This document shows, piece after piece, positions 19,534 to 28,762 of a DNA stretch of 64,000 nucleotides. The stretch is taken from NCBI GenBank assembly GCA_001189195.1, contig LFCQ01000003.1, positions 71,059 through 135,058 of the forward strand, in the 5' to 3' direction. The position numbers and the translations under genes were made by a program. A model generated the notes under the pieces. The model saw nothing but the letters and a program-made list of their open reading frames with translations, had not been told where the DNA came from and searched no databases. The DNA comes from Parcubacteria bacterium C7867-007. Its GTDB lineage: Bacteria > Patescibacteriota > Minisyncoccia > Phycocordibacterales > Phycocordibacteraceae. Numbering within the stretch: position 1 is the stretch's first letter; each line of letters begins with the position of its first letter.

Positions 19534-20799
19534 ATGGGCAAACCCGTCTACTTAAAATATACTTCCATTGATATGAATAAACGCTCTTTCTTTTCCCTTC
19601 TAGCACTTGTCGTGCTTCTAGGTACCTCAGCACCCACTGCATTTGCAGCTACCAAAACTTCCTCACTTGAGTTTTCAGGCTGGATTCCATACTGGCGAAC
19701 AGAGGCAGGTGTTGCAGACACCATCCCGCATCTCAAGCAGCTCACTGAAGTGAACCCATTTGGATACACGGTTAAGAGTGATGGAACGCTCAATGATGCT
19801 GCAAACATTAAGAGCGCAACCTGGCAGAAACTCTTTAAAGAAGCAAAGGCAAAGAAGGTGCGCGTGGTACCAACTGTCATGTGGAGTGACACCGCAGCGA
19901 TTCATACTGTCCTTTCAGACCCTAAACTCCGTGCAAAACACATAAAGTCTATCGTTAGTGTTGTTAAGGAAAACAACTTTGACGGTATCGATATCGACTA
20001 TGAGGGCAAGCTGGCTGAGGACAAGGATAACTATTCTGCATTCCTTAAGGAGCTCTCTGCTGAATTTGCAAAAGGAAAGGGAAATAAGTGGCTCATGTGT
20101 ACCATTGAAGCTCGCACTCCTCCTGATTCCCTGTACTCAAATCCATCAGTGGTAGATATTCAGTACGCGAATGATTTCGTGGCAATCAACAAGTACTGCG
20201 ATCGAGTACGCCTTATGACGTACGATCAACAGCGAGCGGACATTAAACTGAACGCAGCACACAAGGGTGAACTCTATGCTCCTATTGCAGATCCGGAATG
20301 GATCAAGAAGGTGGTGGCACTCACCACACAAACTATCGACAAGAAGAAACTCGTACTCGGCGTCGCAACATACGGGTATATCTATCAGGTTATGCCATTC
20401 ACCGATGGTAGCGGATATGGGTACACAAAGCTTGAGGCATTTAACCCTCGATACGGGGTTGAGACGGCTGCAGCAAACGGTATCACCCCAACCCGTAACG
20501 CAGCAGGTGAGCTTTCGTTCTCATATGTGCCAAAGACCACTGTTTCTTCCCTCCCTTCAAATAAAACTCTATCTGCACTAGCACCTAAGGGAACCACCTC
20601 TGCAAACCTTGCAGCAGCAGGGGCTCTTGCACTAGCAAAGACAAAGGGGAAGCAAGCACCAGTGCAACTCGTGTGGTGGAGTGACGCACAGGCAATAAAA
20701 GAGAAGGTTGCCCTTGCACGGAAGCTTGGCCTTAAGGGTGTGGCCGTATTTAAGTTTGATGGTGGCCAAGATCCACAGATGTGGAGCGTACTGAAATAG
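19534..20799 (+). CDS. Glycoside hydrolase family 18 (chitinase-like) secreted protein.
   Basis: Signal peptide; GH18 catalytic block FDGIDIDYEG (DGxDxDxE). Confidence 0.8.
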   Translation: MGKPVYLKYTSIDMNKRSFFSLLALVVLLGTSAPTAFAATKTSSLEFSGWIPYWRTEAGVADTIPHLKQLTEVNPFGYTVKSDGTLNDAANIKSATWQKLFKEAKAKKVRVVPTVMWSDTAAIHTVLSDPKLRAKHIKSIVSVVKENNFDGIDIDYEGKLAEDKDNYSAFLKELSAEFAKGKGNKWLMCTIEARTPPDSLYSNPSVVDIQYANDFVAINKYCDRVRLMTYDQQRADIKLNAAHKGELYAPIADPEWIKKVVALTTQTIDKKKLVLGVATYGYIYQVMPFTDGSGYGYTKLEAFNPRYGVETAAANGITPTRNAAGELSFSYVPKTTVSSLPSNKTLSALAPKGTTSANLAAAGALALAKTKGKQAPVQLVWWSDAQAIKEKVALARKLGLKGVAVFKFDGGQDPQMWSVLK

Positions 20800-20813
20800 G
20801 GTAAGCTGTTCTG

Positions 20814-21254
20814 ATGGCTACCAGAAGGAAATACATTCCGGGCGACTTTATTCTTACCCCCAAGCGCTCAAGCGCGGGTATTGGACTCTTTGCAGGACAG
20901 GACATACCAAAGGACGCATGCGTCATTGAATACGTAGGGCGTGAAGTACCTGAAGCAGAACAATACACCAACAATAGTCGATACCTCTTCGGTATTGGTT
21001 CTAAACGCATGGTTGATGGCAAACCCAAAATCAACAAGGCTGGATATATCAATCACTCGTGTGCACCAAATAGTGAGCCCATCATCCACAAGGGCCGTAT
21101 CTTTATCTTTTCAAAGAAAGCAATCAAGGCGGGGGATGAACTCACCTATGACTACGGTGCTGAATACTTTAATGACATCATTATTGGTGATGGTGGTTGC
21201 AAGTGTGCAAAGTGTGCCGTTACCGGCAAAGGTCAGAAGAAACGACGCGCTTAA
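20814..21254 (+). CDS. SET-domain protein (putative protein-lysine methyltransferase).
   Basis: NHSCAPN, ELTYDYG and a post-SET Cys cluster GGCKCAKC. Confidence 0.8.
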   Translation: MATRRKYIPGDFILTPKRSSAGIGLFAGQDIPKDACVIEYVGREVPEAEQYTNNSRYLFGIGSKRMVDGKPKINKAGYINHSCAPNSEPIIHKGRIFIFSKKAIKAGDELTYDYGAEYFNDIIIGDGGCKCAKCAVTGKGQKKRRA

Positions 21255-22141
21255 TCAAATAGCGAACCAAGATACCCATTGATCTCGCGCTGATCAAGGT
21301 CATAGAAATACTGATCGTCTCGGTGTAGCTTTGTTGCGAGATCAACACCCACAAAACGCCAGTGCCAGGGCTCAAATTGGTAGTACGTGTTTGATTTTGG
21401 ATAAGAAAGTACGAAACCGTACTTGTACGCATTCTCGTTTAACCAGGTATACGCCTCTGTCTTATCAAACCCACTGAATGTTCCACCAACCGTCTTGGTT
21501 GTGAAGTCGAGAGTAGTACCCAGCTGATGTTCTGAATACCCTTGATCTGCTGAGAAAGCATTTGCTGATCCCGATCCATATACAACCTTATAACTTGCCT
21601 TTAACGCAGCCTGAGCGCCAAATGAGCGGTATGCAGAGGCAATAAGAATCTCTATGTCATCGTCCTTTGCGTCCTCAAGGAGGTCATAAAGGTTATCTTG
21701 CACTTCCATATGGATATCAAGCTTTCTACTTGGTTCATATAGATACTTTGAATCAATGGGTTTAAGCGCTATAGGTGCATAGTTCTCGTTGAGGAAATAC
21801 ACCTTGGAATACTTGGCAAGGAGTTGTGGATCGGTCTGTGCAAGCTTGTTCAACTTTCCCACCGTGCTGCCAAGATCCTTAATCTGGGAATCGAACATAT
21901 CATTTTTGTTCTTCTCTGCGGTGTACGCATCTTGAAGGGCGTTGCGATCAGTGGTCACTTGCGCAAGGGAATCTTGGAGTGAAGAAGCACGCTGGGTACT
22001 TGAAGCGAGATCACTTTGCACTGATTCAAGCCTCTTGGTCTGTTGAGTATACGCATACACCCCTACGGCAACGCCGAGCACCATTCCAGCAGCCAATACT
22101 ATGAGAGCGATCCGTGCCGGTGACATGTCTGTATAGTACAC
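21251..22141 (-). CDS. D-alanyl-D-alanine carboxypeptidase, VanY/peptidase M15B family, membrane anchored.
   Basis: SAYRSF, SEHQLGTTLD and EPWHWRFVG motifs; N-terminal TM plus coiled coil. Confidence 0.8.
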   Translation of the reverse strand: MYYTDMSPARIALIVLAAGMVLGVAVGVYAYTQQTKRLESVQSDLASSTQRASSLQDSLAQVTTDRNALQDAYTAEKNKNDMFDSQIKDLGSTVGKLNKLAQTDPQLLAKYSKVYFLNENYAPIALKPIDSKYLYEPSRKLDIHMEVQDNLYDLLEDAKDDDIEILIASAYRSFGAQAALKASYKVVYGSGSANAFSADQGYSEHQLGTTLDFTTKTVGGTFSGFDKTEAYTWLNENAYKYGFVLSYPKSNTYYQFEPWHWRFVGVDLATKLHRDDQYFYDLDQREINGYLGSLFD

Positions 22142-22157
22142 GCCCTAAAAACTCCGT

Positions 22158-22394
22158 CTATGACGGACTTAGCCAGCGCTGCACCCTTGGCACACATGAG
22201 GTATATACCGTTCGAGTACGCTGTCCTTGTGTCTGTACCCATGCCATAGCTCCTAAAATAGCACTTGAAATGGTTGAGGGGATGATAGGAAACAGGCTAA
22301 ATATGATACCTAGAGTAGCGGCAAGGACCGCCATCACAAGAAGACCAAGGGTCCCAGTGACCATAAAGAAGGTTACGCGTTCGTACAGAATCAT
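22158..22394 (-). CDS. Possible small membrane protein, 78 aa.
   Basis: Internal-Met version of ORF 22158..22607. The longer version would overlap the pyk start. Hydrophobic; weak call. Confidence 0.25.
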   Translation of the reverse strand: MILYERVTFFMVTGTLGLLVMAVLAATLGIIFSLFPIIPSTISSAILGAMAWVQTQGQRTRTVYTSCVPRVQRWLSPS

Positions 22395-22494
22395 ATGCAG
22401 TATTCTCGCGTAATACCATAAAAGAATTGATGAAGGCAAGTTATCCAGTCTGAAGTTTGTCTGAAGACGACTTATAGTGTAGTTTCGATAAGAT

Positions 22495-23895
22495 ATGGCA
22501 TCACTTAAATATACAAAGATTGTTGCGACAATCGGTCCGAAAACAGAATCTGAAGAAACCCTAACCCGCCTCATCCAGGCGGGAATGAACGTCATGCGCC
22601 TAAACATGAGCCATGGTGATCATGCCGAGCATGGAGACCGTATTACCAATGGACGTGCAGCTGCTGAGAAGCTGGGTGAACCTATTGGTATCCTCATGGA
22701 CCTCTCTGGTCCCAAGATCCGCACCGGTATCTATGAGACCGAGCGCATCACAATTCAAAACGGTGCAAAACTCACCCTCACCACAGAGGAGGCAATCGGC
22801 ACCACCGAGCGTATTTATGTAAACTATCGCAAGCTCCCTCAGGAGGTGAAGCCAGGCTCCGTTATCATGCTGGACGATGGAAAGAAGAAGCTGGTAGTTG
22901 ATTCTGTTGAAGGAACTGAGGTGCACTGCACCGTTGTGGTTGGTGGTGAGCTTAAGGCACGCCGTGGCGTAAATATTCCTGGAGCATACCTCTCAATCGA
23001 CACCATCACTGAGAAGGATCGTGAAGATCTTGCTTTTGGTATTACGCGAGGTATTGATCTTGTGGCTCTTTCCTTCGTTCGTCGTGCAGACGATATACAT
23101 GAGCTGCGTGAGATTCTAAAGACTCTTGGTGCACCAAACCTCCCAATCATTTCAAAGATTGAGACCCAGGAAGCTATTGATAACCTTGATGCAATTATCA
23201 CTGCATCAGATGGCATCATGGTGGCACGTGGAGATCTTGCTATTGAGATTCCTGCAGAGCAAGTACCTCGTTGGCAAAAGGAGATGATACGCAAAGCAAA
23301 TGAGCAGGGAAAGCCGGTTATCACCGCAACCCAGCTTCTTGAATCTATGATCACCAGCCCAGTACCGACCCGAGCTGAAGTATCAGACGTAGCTAATGCT
23401 GTGTTTGATGGTACTGATGCCGTAATGCTCTCAGAGGAAAGTACTCTTGGTGCGTTCCCGGTTGAAGCAGTTGAGACACTTGCGCGTGTTGCACGTGCGT
23501 CTGAAGCTGCGATAACTCAGCCCACCGCAGTATCGACGATTCCTGACACCGTTACGCATGCTGTAGCACGAGCTGCAGAGGAACTAAATGCAAAAGCGAT
23601 TGTGGCCCTTACCGAATCAGGAACCACCGCGCGTATCACAGCACGCTTCCACCCTCATTGCCCTGTTATTGCACTCACCCCAAGTGAATCAACACGAAAG
23701 TCTCTCGCACTTTCACGTGGAGTATTCCCATTCACCGTTAAACAGCTTGGTTCTCTTGAAGAGACACTCGCATTCATCCCAGGTTTCCTTATTGAAAAGG
23801 GATTTGCTGCTACCGGTGACACCGTACTCGTTACGGCAGGTCTCCGCTTTGGTGTTACAGGTTCAACAAACCTTCTGGTTGCGATAACCCTCTAA
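22495..23895 (+). CDS. pyk: Pyruvate kinase.
   Basis: TKIVATIGP, MNVMRLNMSHG and MVARGDLAIEIP motifs. Confidence 0.95.
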   Translation: MASLKYTKIVATIGPKTESEETLTRLIQAGMNVMRLNMSHGDHAEHGDRITNGRAAAEKLGEPIGILMDLSGPKIRTGIYETERITIQNGAKLTLTTEEAIGTTERIYVNYRKLPQEVKPGSVIMLDDGKKKLVVDSVEGTEVHCTVVVGGELKARRGVNIPGAYLSIDTITEKDREDLAFGITRGIDLVALSFVRRADDIHELREILKTLGAPNLPIISKIETQEAIDNLDAIITASDGIMVARGDLAIEIPAEQVPRWQKEMIRKANEQGKPVITATQLLESMITSPVPTRAEVSDVANAVFDGTDAVMLSEESTLGAFPVEAVETLARVARASEAAITQPTAVSTIPDTVTHAVARAAEELNAKAIVALTESGTTARITARFHPHCPVIALTPSESTRKSLALSRGVFPFTVKQLGSLEETLAFIPGFLIEKGFAATGDTVLVTAGLRFGVTGSTNLLVAITL

Positions 23896-24572
23896 GGGTA
23901 TCCCGGATAGTATTCGATCTTAAAGTCTTCTATCCATTCGGTACCTGGTATAACACTGAGTACCTTGCCGAATATCTTGGAATCTTCCTCTTTCACAATG
24001 ATGGGGGAGTAGTTTCCGTATGCATTCTGAGGGTTTAGATATACCACTTCATCAACCTTCTGGTACTGCTTAATAACCGCCATGTTACCCAGTACCGCCA
24101 CAACACGATCGCCATCATCCACATCCTCTGTCACCTCAACAATCACGTAGTCTCCGTTACGAATACCCGCATCAATCATGCTGTCTCCCACGGCACGCAC
24201 TGCCACAATGTTTGTATGACTCCCAACGAACGAACGATCAACGGTGATGAACTCACCAAACTCATTCTGTGCATATACTTCAACCGCATCACACCCTGCA
24301 GATGCAATCACAGGAATCTCCACAACTCCTGAATGTGCAAAAGGGAACTGCGTATCAAGAATAGTGATACTGCGATGCTGATGGCGATCACGCTTAGTGA
24401 ATCCTTTACGCTCCAATGCCTCTAATCGCTGGGTAACACTACGCAGTGAACGAAGATGCAGCCCATCACGCAACTCCGAGATAGTTGGAGCTTGCTTGTT
24501 CTTTGCGACATACGTACGAATAAACGAGAGTGTTTCCTCCTGCGCACCGGTGAGTGTTCGATGCAATGCCAT
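23892..24572 (-). CDS. lexA: LexA repressor (S24 peptidase).
   Basis: N-terminal wHTH, AVRAVGDSMIDAGI (Ser nucleophile) and VIKQY...K. Confidence 0.9.
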   Translation of the reverse strand: MALHRTLTGAQEETLSFIRTYVAKNKQAPTISELRDGLHLRSLRSVTQRLEALERKGFTKRDRHQHRSITILDTQFPFAHSGVVEIPVIASAGCDAVEVYAQNEFGEFITVDRSFVGSHTNIVAVRAVGDSMIDAGIRNGDYVIVEVTEDVDDGDRVVAVLGNMAVIKQYQKVDEVVYLNPQNAYGNYSPIIVKEEDSKIFGKVLSVIPGTEWIEDFKIEYYPGYP

Positions 24573-24613
24573 ATATAAAGAGAATACCTGACATCACGGC
24601 AACACAAGACAAG

Positions 24614-24635
24614 TTGTGTGTGGATAAGCACACAA
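24614..24635. promoter_or_regulatory. Candidate LexA operator: palindrome TTGTGTG-N8-CACACAA upstream of lexA, with additional ACACAAG half-sites nearby.
   Basis: 7-bp inverted repeat with an 8-bp spacer about 40-60 nt upstream of the lexA start. Several more CACAAG repeats lie at 24601-24657. Confidence 0.35.
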
Positions 24636-24744
24636 GTATATACACAACATACACAAGTTTATTTTATACAAAAGAAAACAGCCTCGTCACTTCACTCCTA
24701 AGAGTGAGAGCAACGAGGCCGTCTTTGAGGTCTCATGGTGTAGA

Positions 24745-25497
24745 TCAGGCGATGGCCCGATGCCGGCGGCGCAGAACGCTGCCGGCGAGGCCGAAGCCCA
24801 GGATCATCATCGCCCAGGTCGCCGGCTCGGGAACCGCCACGCCGCCCGGAGGCGTGATGATGATCGGCGGATCCAGGTCGTCCTGGAGACGCGGGAAGAT
24901 CTTCACGTTGTCCAGCAGCAGAGCTTCCCCCTGGAAGCCCGAGCTCGGCATGAAGCCGGCCGGGTTCGAGGCGAAGGTCGCACGAACGTTGATCTTGGCG
25001 ATGGTGTCGAAACCGGTCGCCGTGAAAACGAACGTTTGATAGCTCCGATAGTGGAGACCCGGCAGACTGCCGTCGAGGACGACGTCGCCGTGGTTGTCGA
25101 TGACCTGGAAGTCCAGGTCGATCGGGAACGTCGCCAGCATGGAGTTCATGTTCTGCCCGAAGTCGGCAGAGAGTGCGTTGAAGTAGCTCCCGTCGGCCAT
25201 CGTTATGCTGGTGTATCCCGTCGCGAACGGCGGCGAGAGGCCGGTGCCCCGAGGAGCCCAACCGTTGCCGGGAACCACCGTGCTGCTGATGCCGCTGGTG
25301 GCGCCGATGTAGGCGACGTGGACCCCGCTGGGGCTGGTGTAGGTCGTGTTGGCCGTGAGGGGGGGTTGCGACGCGAAGTCGGCCCCAATGAGCGACTCGA
25401 TAGGTGCGCCCAAGCCCACGAAGATTGCGCCATGCGCGGGAGCGGAAAAGGCCAGAGCAAGTGCGCCGGCCACCCCGAGATTCAGAAAATGTTTCAT
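24745..25497 (-). CDS. PEP-CTERM sorting-domain secreted protein (high-GC, foreign).
   Basis: Signal peptide MKHFLNLGVAGALALAFSAPAHGA. C-terminal VPEPATWAMMILGFGLAGSVLRRRH is a PEP-CTERM/exosortase signal. GC is far above the window background. Confidence 0.75.
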   Translation of the reverse strand: MKHFLNLGVAGALALAFSAPAHGAIFVGLGAPIESLIGADFASQPPLTANTTYTSPSGVHVAYIGATSGISSTVVPGNGWAPRGTGLSPPFATGYTSITMADGSYFNALSADFGQNMNSMLATFPIDLDFQVIDNHGDVVLDGSLPGLHYRSYQTFVFTATGFDTIAKINVRATFASNPAGFMPSSGFQGEALLLDNVKIFPRLQDDLDPPIIITPPGGVAVPEPATWAMMILGFGLAGSVLRRRHRAIA

Positions 25498-25876
25498 TTC
25501 ATACCCCAGTAGTTGGATGACTCGGTACGCCGAGTATCGGCCATTCCGTCGGATTTGATCCTGAGGAAGTGAGCGTTCTAAGGGCCATTTGTGGTCCACA
25601 GAACGCTCACTTCCTTCTAAAACCATGAGTTTTAAAAGGACCCGTAACTGGTCGTATCATACTAGAGTTGACATATCTGTCAAGACGTTGTGGACAGTAG
25701 ACTTCATGAAGTTAACTTGCACAAATCAATGATTTAGGTTATAAAAACAACAGCAGTTCTTTATATATTCCTGTTTTACCGCACCCAAAAGCACTTCTGA
25801 GTCTTCTTAGGAATATTCTTGGGTACGGTAAAACAGGACATTTGTCGTTCTGGTTCCTACCACCTTTGCAAAGGGA

Positions 25877-26542
25877 ATGTATATGAAGACTTTGATGTTG
25901 GCAGCTGCGGCTGCCCTAACGCTCTCGTTCGCGGGCGTCGCCAACTCGGCGGAGCTCTTGAACGGAGTCCACTACGGCACCGGCAACGACTACACGCCCG
26001 GCAACTGGACGGTCGCCACCGGTGGTGGGATCGAAACCGGTCTGCGGGCCCACGAAGTGTTCCAGGTGGCTCCGGCACCGTCGGGCAACCTCTACACCTT
26101 CGCCCTTGGCCAGACCATCGGCTTCGACTTCTCGATCGATCCGACCTTCGGCGGCACGCCTGTGGACCTCACGAGCGCGCTGATCACGATCACGAACCTC
26201 GGCACTGGCGGCGTCGCCAGCTTCAACCCGCTGCTCCTGCCCGACAACAGCATCGCTGGCAGCATCCAGAACAGCGAGCGGCTGAGCTTTGGCTTCCTGA
26301 ACGGTTCGCCAATCTTCAACGTCGGCGACATCGACTACAACAACGCCGTGAACAGCAGCTACCGCATCAACCTGACGGTTGCGGGCGGCGGCATCCGGTC
26401 CCTGCAAAACGAGATCCTCGTCCAGCAAGGCACCGGCGCGGTTCCCGAGCCGGCGACCTGGGCGATGATGATCCTGGGCTTCGGCATGGCCGGCGCCACG
26501 CTTCGGCGGCGCCACCCCGTCGCCGTCTCGGCGCGAACCTAG
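25877..26542 (+). CDS. PEP-CTERM sorting-domain secreted protein, paralog of the divergent neighbour. The start may be 25883.
   Basis: Signal peptide MKTLMLAAAAALTLSFAGVANSA. Its C-terminal VPEPATWAMMILGFGMAGATLRRRH is nearly identical to the neighbour's. Confidence 0.75.
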   Translation: MYMKTLMLAAAAALTLSFAGVANSAELLNGVHYGTGNDYTPGNWTVATGGGIETGLRAHEVFQVAPAPSGNLYTFALGQTIGFDFSIDPTFGGTPVDLTSALITITNLGTGGVASFNPLLLPDNSIAGSIQNSERLSFGFLNGSPIFNVGDIDYNNAVNSSYRINLTVAGGGIRSLQNEILVQQGTGAVPEPATWAMMILGFGMAGATLRRRHPVAVSART

Positions 26543-26591
26543 AACGACAATCGCGAAAGACTACCCAGATAGTCTACGCATCCAACAACTG

Positions 26592-26620
26592 GCCCCCTCC
26601 GATGGAGTGGGGCTTTTCTT
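26592..26620 (+). terminator. Rho-independent terminator after the PEP-CTERM gene.
   Basis: ggccccctccgatggagtggggc followed by ttttcttt. Confidence 0.6.
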
Positions 26621-26685
26621 TATGCATATCGAATTCAAAAGGCCGGCGGAGCAATCCGTCGGCCAATCTTTTATTTGCTGGAAGA

Positions 26686-26802
26686 CTATTTAGCCTGAGC
26701 TGCCTTACGAGCCATCTTCACCGCAATACGCTTTGCGGTCTTCTGTGGATGCTTGTGTGGGCGCTTTGGGCTCACACCCTGCTTGCTCTTGTTTCGTGAC
26801 AT
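26686..26802 (-). CDS. Small, highly basic protein of 38 aa (MSRNKSKQGVSPKRPHKHPQKTAKRIAVKMARKAAQAK).
   Basis: Internal Met of ORF 26686..26985. Followed by a minus-strand hairpin plus T-run at about 26637-26670. No family recognised. Confidence 0.3.
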   Translation of the reverse strand: MSRNKSKQGVSPKRPHKHPQKTAKRIAVKMARKAAQAK

Positions 26803-26821
26803 ATAGATTGATACTAACGAT

Positions 26822-27175
26822 TTAAAGCAATTCTGCAAGCACCGTTTTAAACTCTTCCATTCCAGCAGGCTTGGTGAGGTGTGCGTTGAAGCCAGCAGCA
26901 AGTGCCTTTTCTTTGTCTTCTGCTTGCCCGTATCCCGTGAGAGCAACGGCAGGGAAGGTGAATCCGTGGGCACGCAGCCCCACAATCACGTCATGTCCAC
27001 TCATGTCTGGCATACCAATATCTATAAACACGAGATCGGGAGTATATATACGCACATGTTCAAGTACCTCTTTGCCGGTATAGAGTGCTGAAGCATCCCA
27101 TCCTAGTGCGTTCAATAGACGAACGAGTCCATCTGCAGCCGCCTGGTTATCGTCCACCACAAGAAGCTTTTTCAT
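26822..27175 (-). CDS. Single-domain response regulator (CheY-like receiver).
   Basis: LLVVDDN, phospho-acceptor D in FIDIGMPDMSG and conserved T/K (LTGYG...LTKP). Confidence 0.85.
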   Translation of the reverse strand: MKKLLVVDDNQAAADGLVRLLNALGWDASALYTGKEVLEHVRIYTPDLVFIDIGMPDMSGHDVIVGLRAHGFTFPAVALTGYGQAEDKEKALAAGFNAHLTKPAGMEEFKTVLAELL

Positions 27176-27187
27176 AGGGGTATGGTA

Positions 27188-27955
27188 TCAGACAGAAGGA
27201 GCGATGAGGGAAAGAAGTTTGGCATGGTATTCAGAGCTACCCGCACACACAAATCCTCCGGTGCGTGTGTCATAGCGCTGGTCATTCCCGTGCACGTCAG
27301 AGGTTACCCCACCTGCTTCTTCCACAATCACTTTTGCTGCAGCACTGTCCCATGGGTTTCCGAGGGGAAGTACCACGCCCTGTAGCTGACCACTGGCAAC
27401 CATCATACTTGCATATACTGTTGAGCTATATGACAGACAACGAACATGCGCATCACGCGCACGATCAAAGAGTGTCATATCTTTAAATCCTCGGTGTCCA
27501 TCGGTTGCAATATAGCTGCGAGAGAGGTCGGTGTGCGATGAATTCGTAATGGGGAGGTTGTTTAGGAATGCTCCCTGGCCGCGTACCGCAGAGTACAGAC
27601 GCTTCATGTACGGGTCATACACCACACCAAGCACCGGTACTCCATCTTCAACCAATGCGAGTGAGAATACGTTCGTGGGCACACCACGGAGAAAGGCAGC
27701 TGTTCCATCGATAGGATCAAAGACCCACGCAGAGTTGCTTTCTTTCATCTGAGTACCTTCTTCCCCGATAAGACTATGCTCGGGATATGCTTCACTCAAC
27801 CTGCTAGTAACTAATTCTTGGATAAGCTCATCTGCTTTGGTGAGAGGAGAGTGGTCATCTTTAAAAGTATGCCGCATTCCTAATTCAAAATACTGCGTCA
27901 TGACCACACCAGCTTCTTGCGCGATTTCCTTCGCGATCTTTAGGTGCTGATCCAT
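27188..27955 (-). CDS. Inositol monophosphatase family protein (SuhB/IMPase).
   Basis: WVFDPIDGT and metal-binding EE...DP.DGT... motifs; 255 aa. Confidence 0.85.
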   Translation of the reverse strand: MDQHLKIAKEIAQEAGVVMTQYFELGMRHTFKDDHSPLTKADELIQELVTSRLSEAYPEHSLIGEEGTQMKESNSAWVFDPIDGTAAFLRGVPTNVFSLALVEDGVPVLGVVYDPYMKRLYSAVRGQGAFLNNLPITNSSHTDLSRSYIATDGHRGFKDMTLFDRARDAHVRCLSYSSTVYASMMVASGQLQGVVLPLGNPWDSAAAKVIVEEAGGVTSDVHGNDQRYDTRTGGFVCAGSSEYHAKLLSLIAPSV

Positions 27956-28033
27956 TTCGCAGCATTGTACCAGACTGTTTATGAAGAAAGACTAAACAGT
28001 AACCGCCCACCGAATTCTCGGTGGGCGGGGCGG

Positions 28034-28696
28034 TTAGGCGGCTATAGCAAACGGCTTGCCCTCGACATACCATTGGCGGTTGATGGTCACACCACTATCT
28101 CGTACGGTTGGAATCATAATTGCCGGCGAGAGTTGATAGGTGTTTATCACATACCAGTGTGACTCAACCTCACTCTCTACTCCAGCGTACGCCTTAGACG
28201 GATGGATATCGTTCGTCACTAAGTGTGTTTCTTGAATCCTCCGAAAGACCAGTTTCCTTCGAGAAACGTGTAGCTCTTCTTCGAGACCCCGGATTGCAGC
28301 ACTAAATGGATGTTCACCCAGTCCAACTGTCTCAGAATTAGAGAACAGGTTAAGTGGGACATGATCAACATGCAACGGAATATCGAAATTGGGTATGGTC
28401 TTACCGTTCAAATACGTGCGACTGACCTCAACCAACACTGCCTTCATCTTGTCATTGGTGATGATTGACTTGGCGCTCTTCGCCTTGCGTCGCGCAACAC
28501 CAGTAACTGGATGCTGGTAGATCTCGATCTCTCGTGCCTTACCTTTCAGGCCGGTTAGTTCACGATACAGATCGATGTGTCGTTTGTTTCCTCGTCTGTT
28601 AAAGTCCTTAATTGGTATCCTCGGTTCACATGACTCGAGGAACTCTTGCATCTCCCGTAACGAACAGGAGTGACTTAGTGTGCGCAGCGCGCTCAT
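28034..28696 (-). CDS. Hypothetical protein with a degenerate Nudix-box-like segment.
   Basis: 220 aa. GLGEHPFSAAIRGLEEELHV resembles the Nudix-box tail (ALIRELKEELGI) but lacks the full GX5EX7REUXEEXGU pattern. Confidence 0.35.
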   Translation of the reverse strand: MSALRTLSHSCSLREMQEFLESCEPRIPIKDFNRRGNKRHIDLYRELTGLKGKAREIEIYQHPVTGVARRKAKSAKSIITNDKMKAVLVEVSRTYLNGKTIPNFDIPLHVDHVPLNLFSNSETVGLGEHPFSAAIRGLEEELHVSRRKLVFRRIQETHLVTNDIHPSKAYAGVESEVESHWYVINTYQLSPAIMIPTVRDSGVTINRQWYVEGKPFAIAA

Positions 28697-28762
28697 CGTT
28701 CGCTCCTGATGTCTAGGTGAAATCTCTTGTTAAAGTAGCACCTAGTTTGCCTTTTGTAAAAT

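Noticed and set aside
24760-26515. Long alternative-frame ORFs (24760-25512 on the plus strand, 25916-26515 on the minus strand, 24698-25261 on the minus strand, 25819-26799 on the plus strand) in the high-GC islet.
   Set aside because: High GC depletes stop codons in all frames. The PEP-CTERM frames have signal peptides, sorting motifs and sensible starts. The others are Arg/Pro/Gly-rich shadow ORFs.
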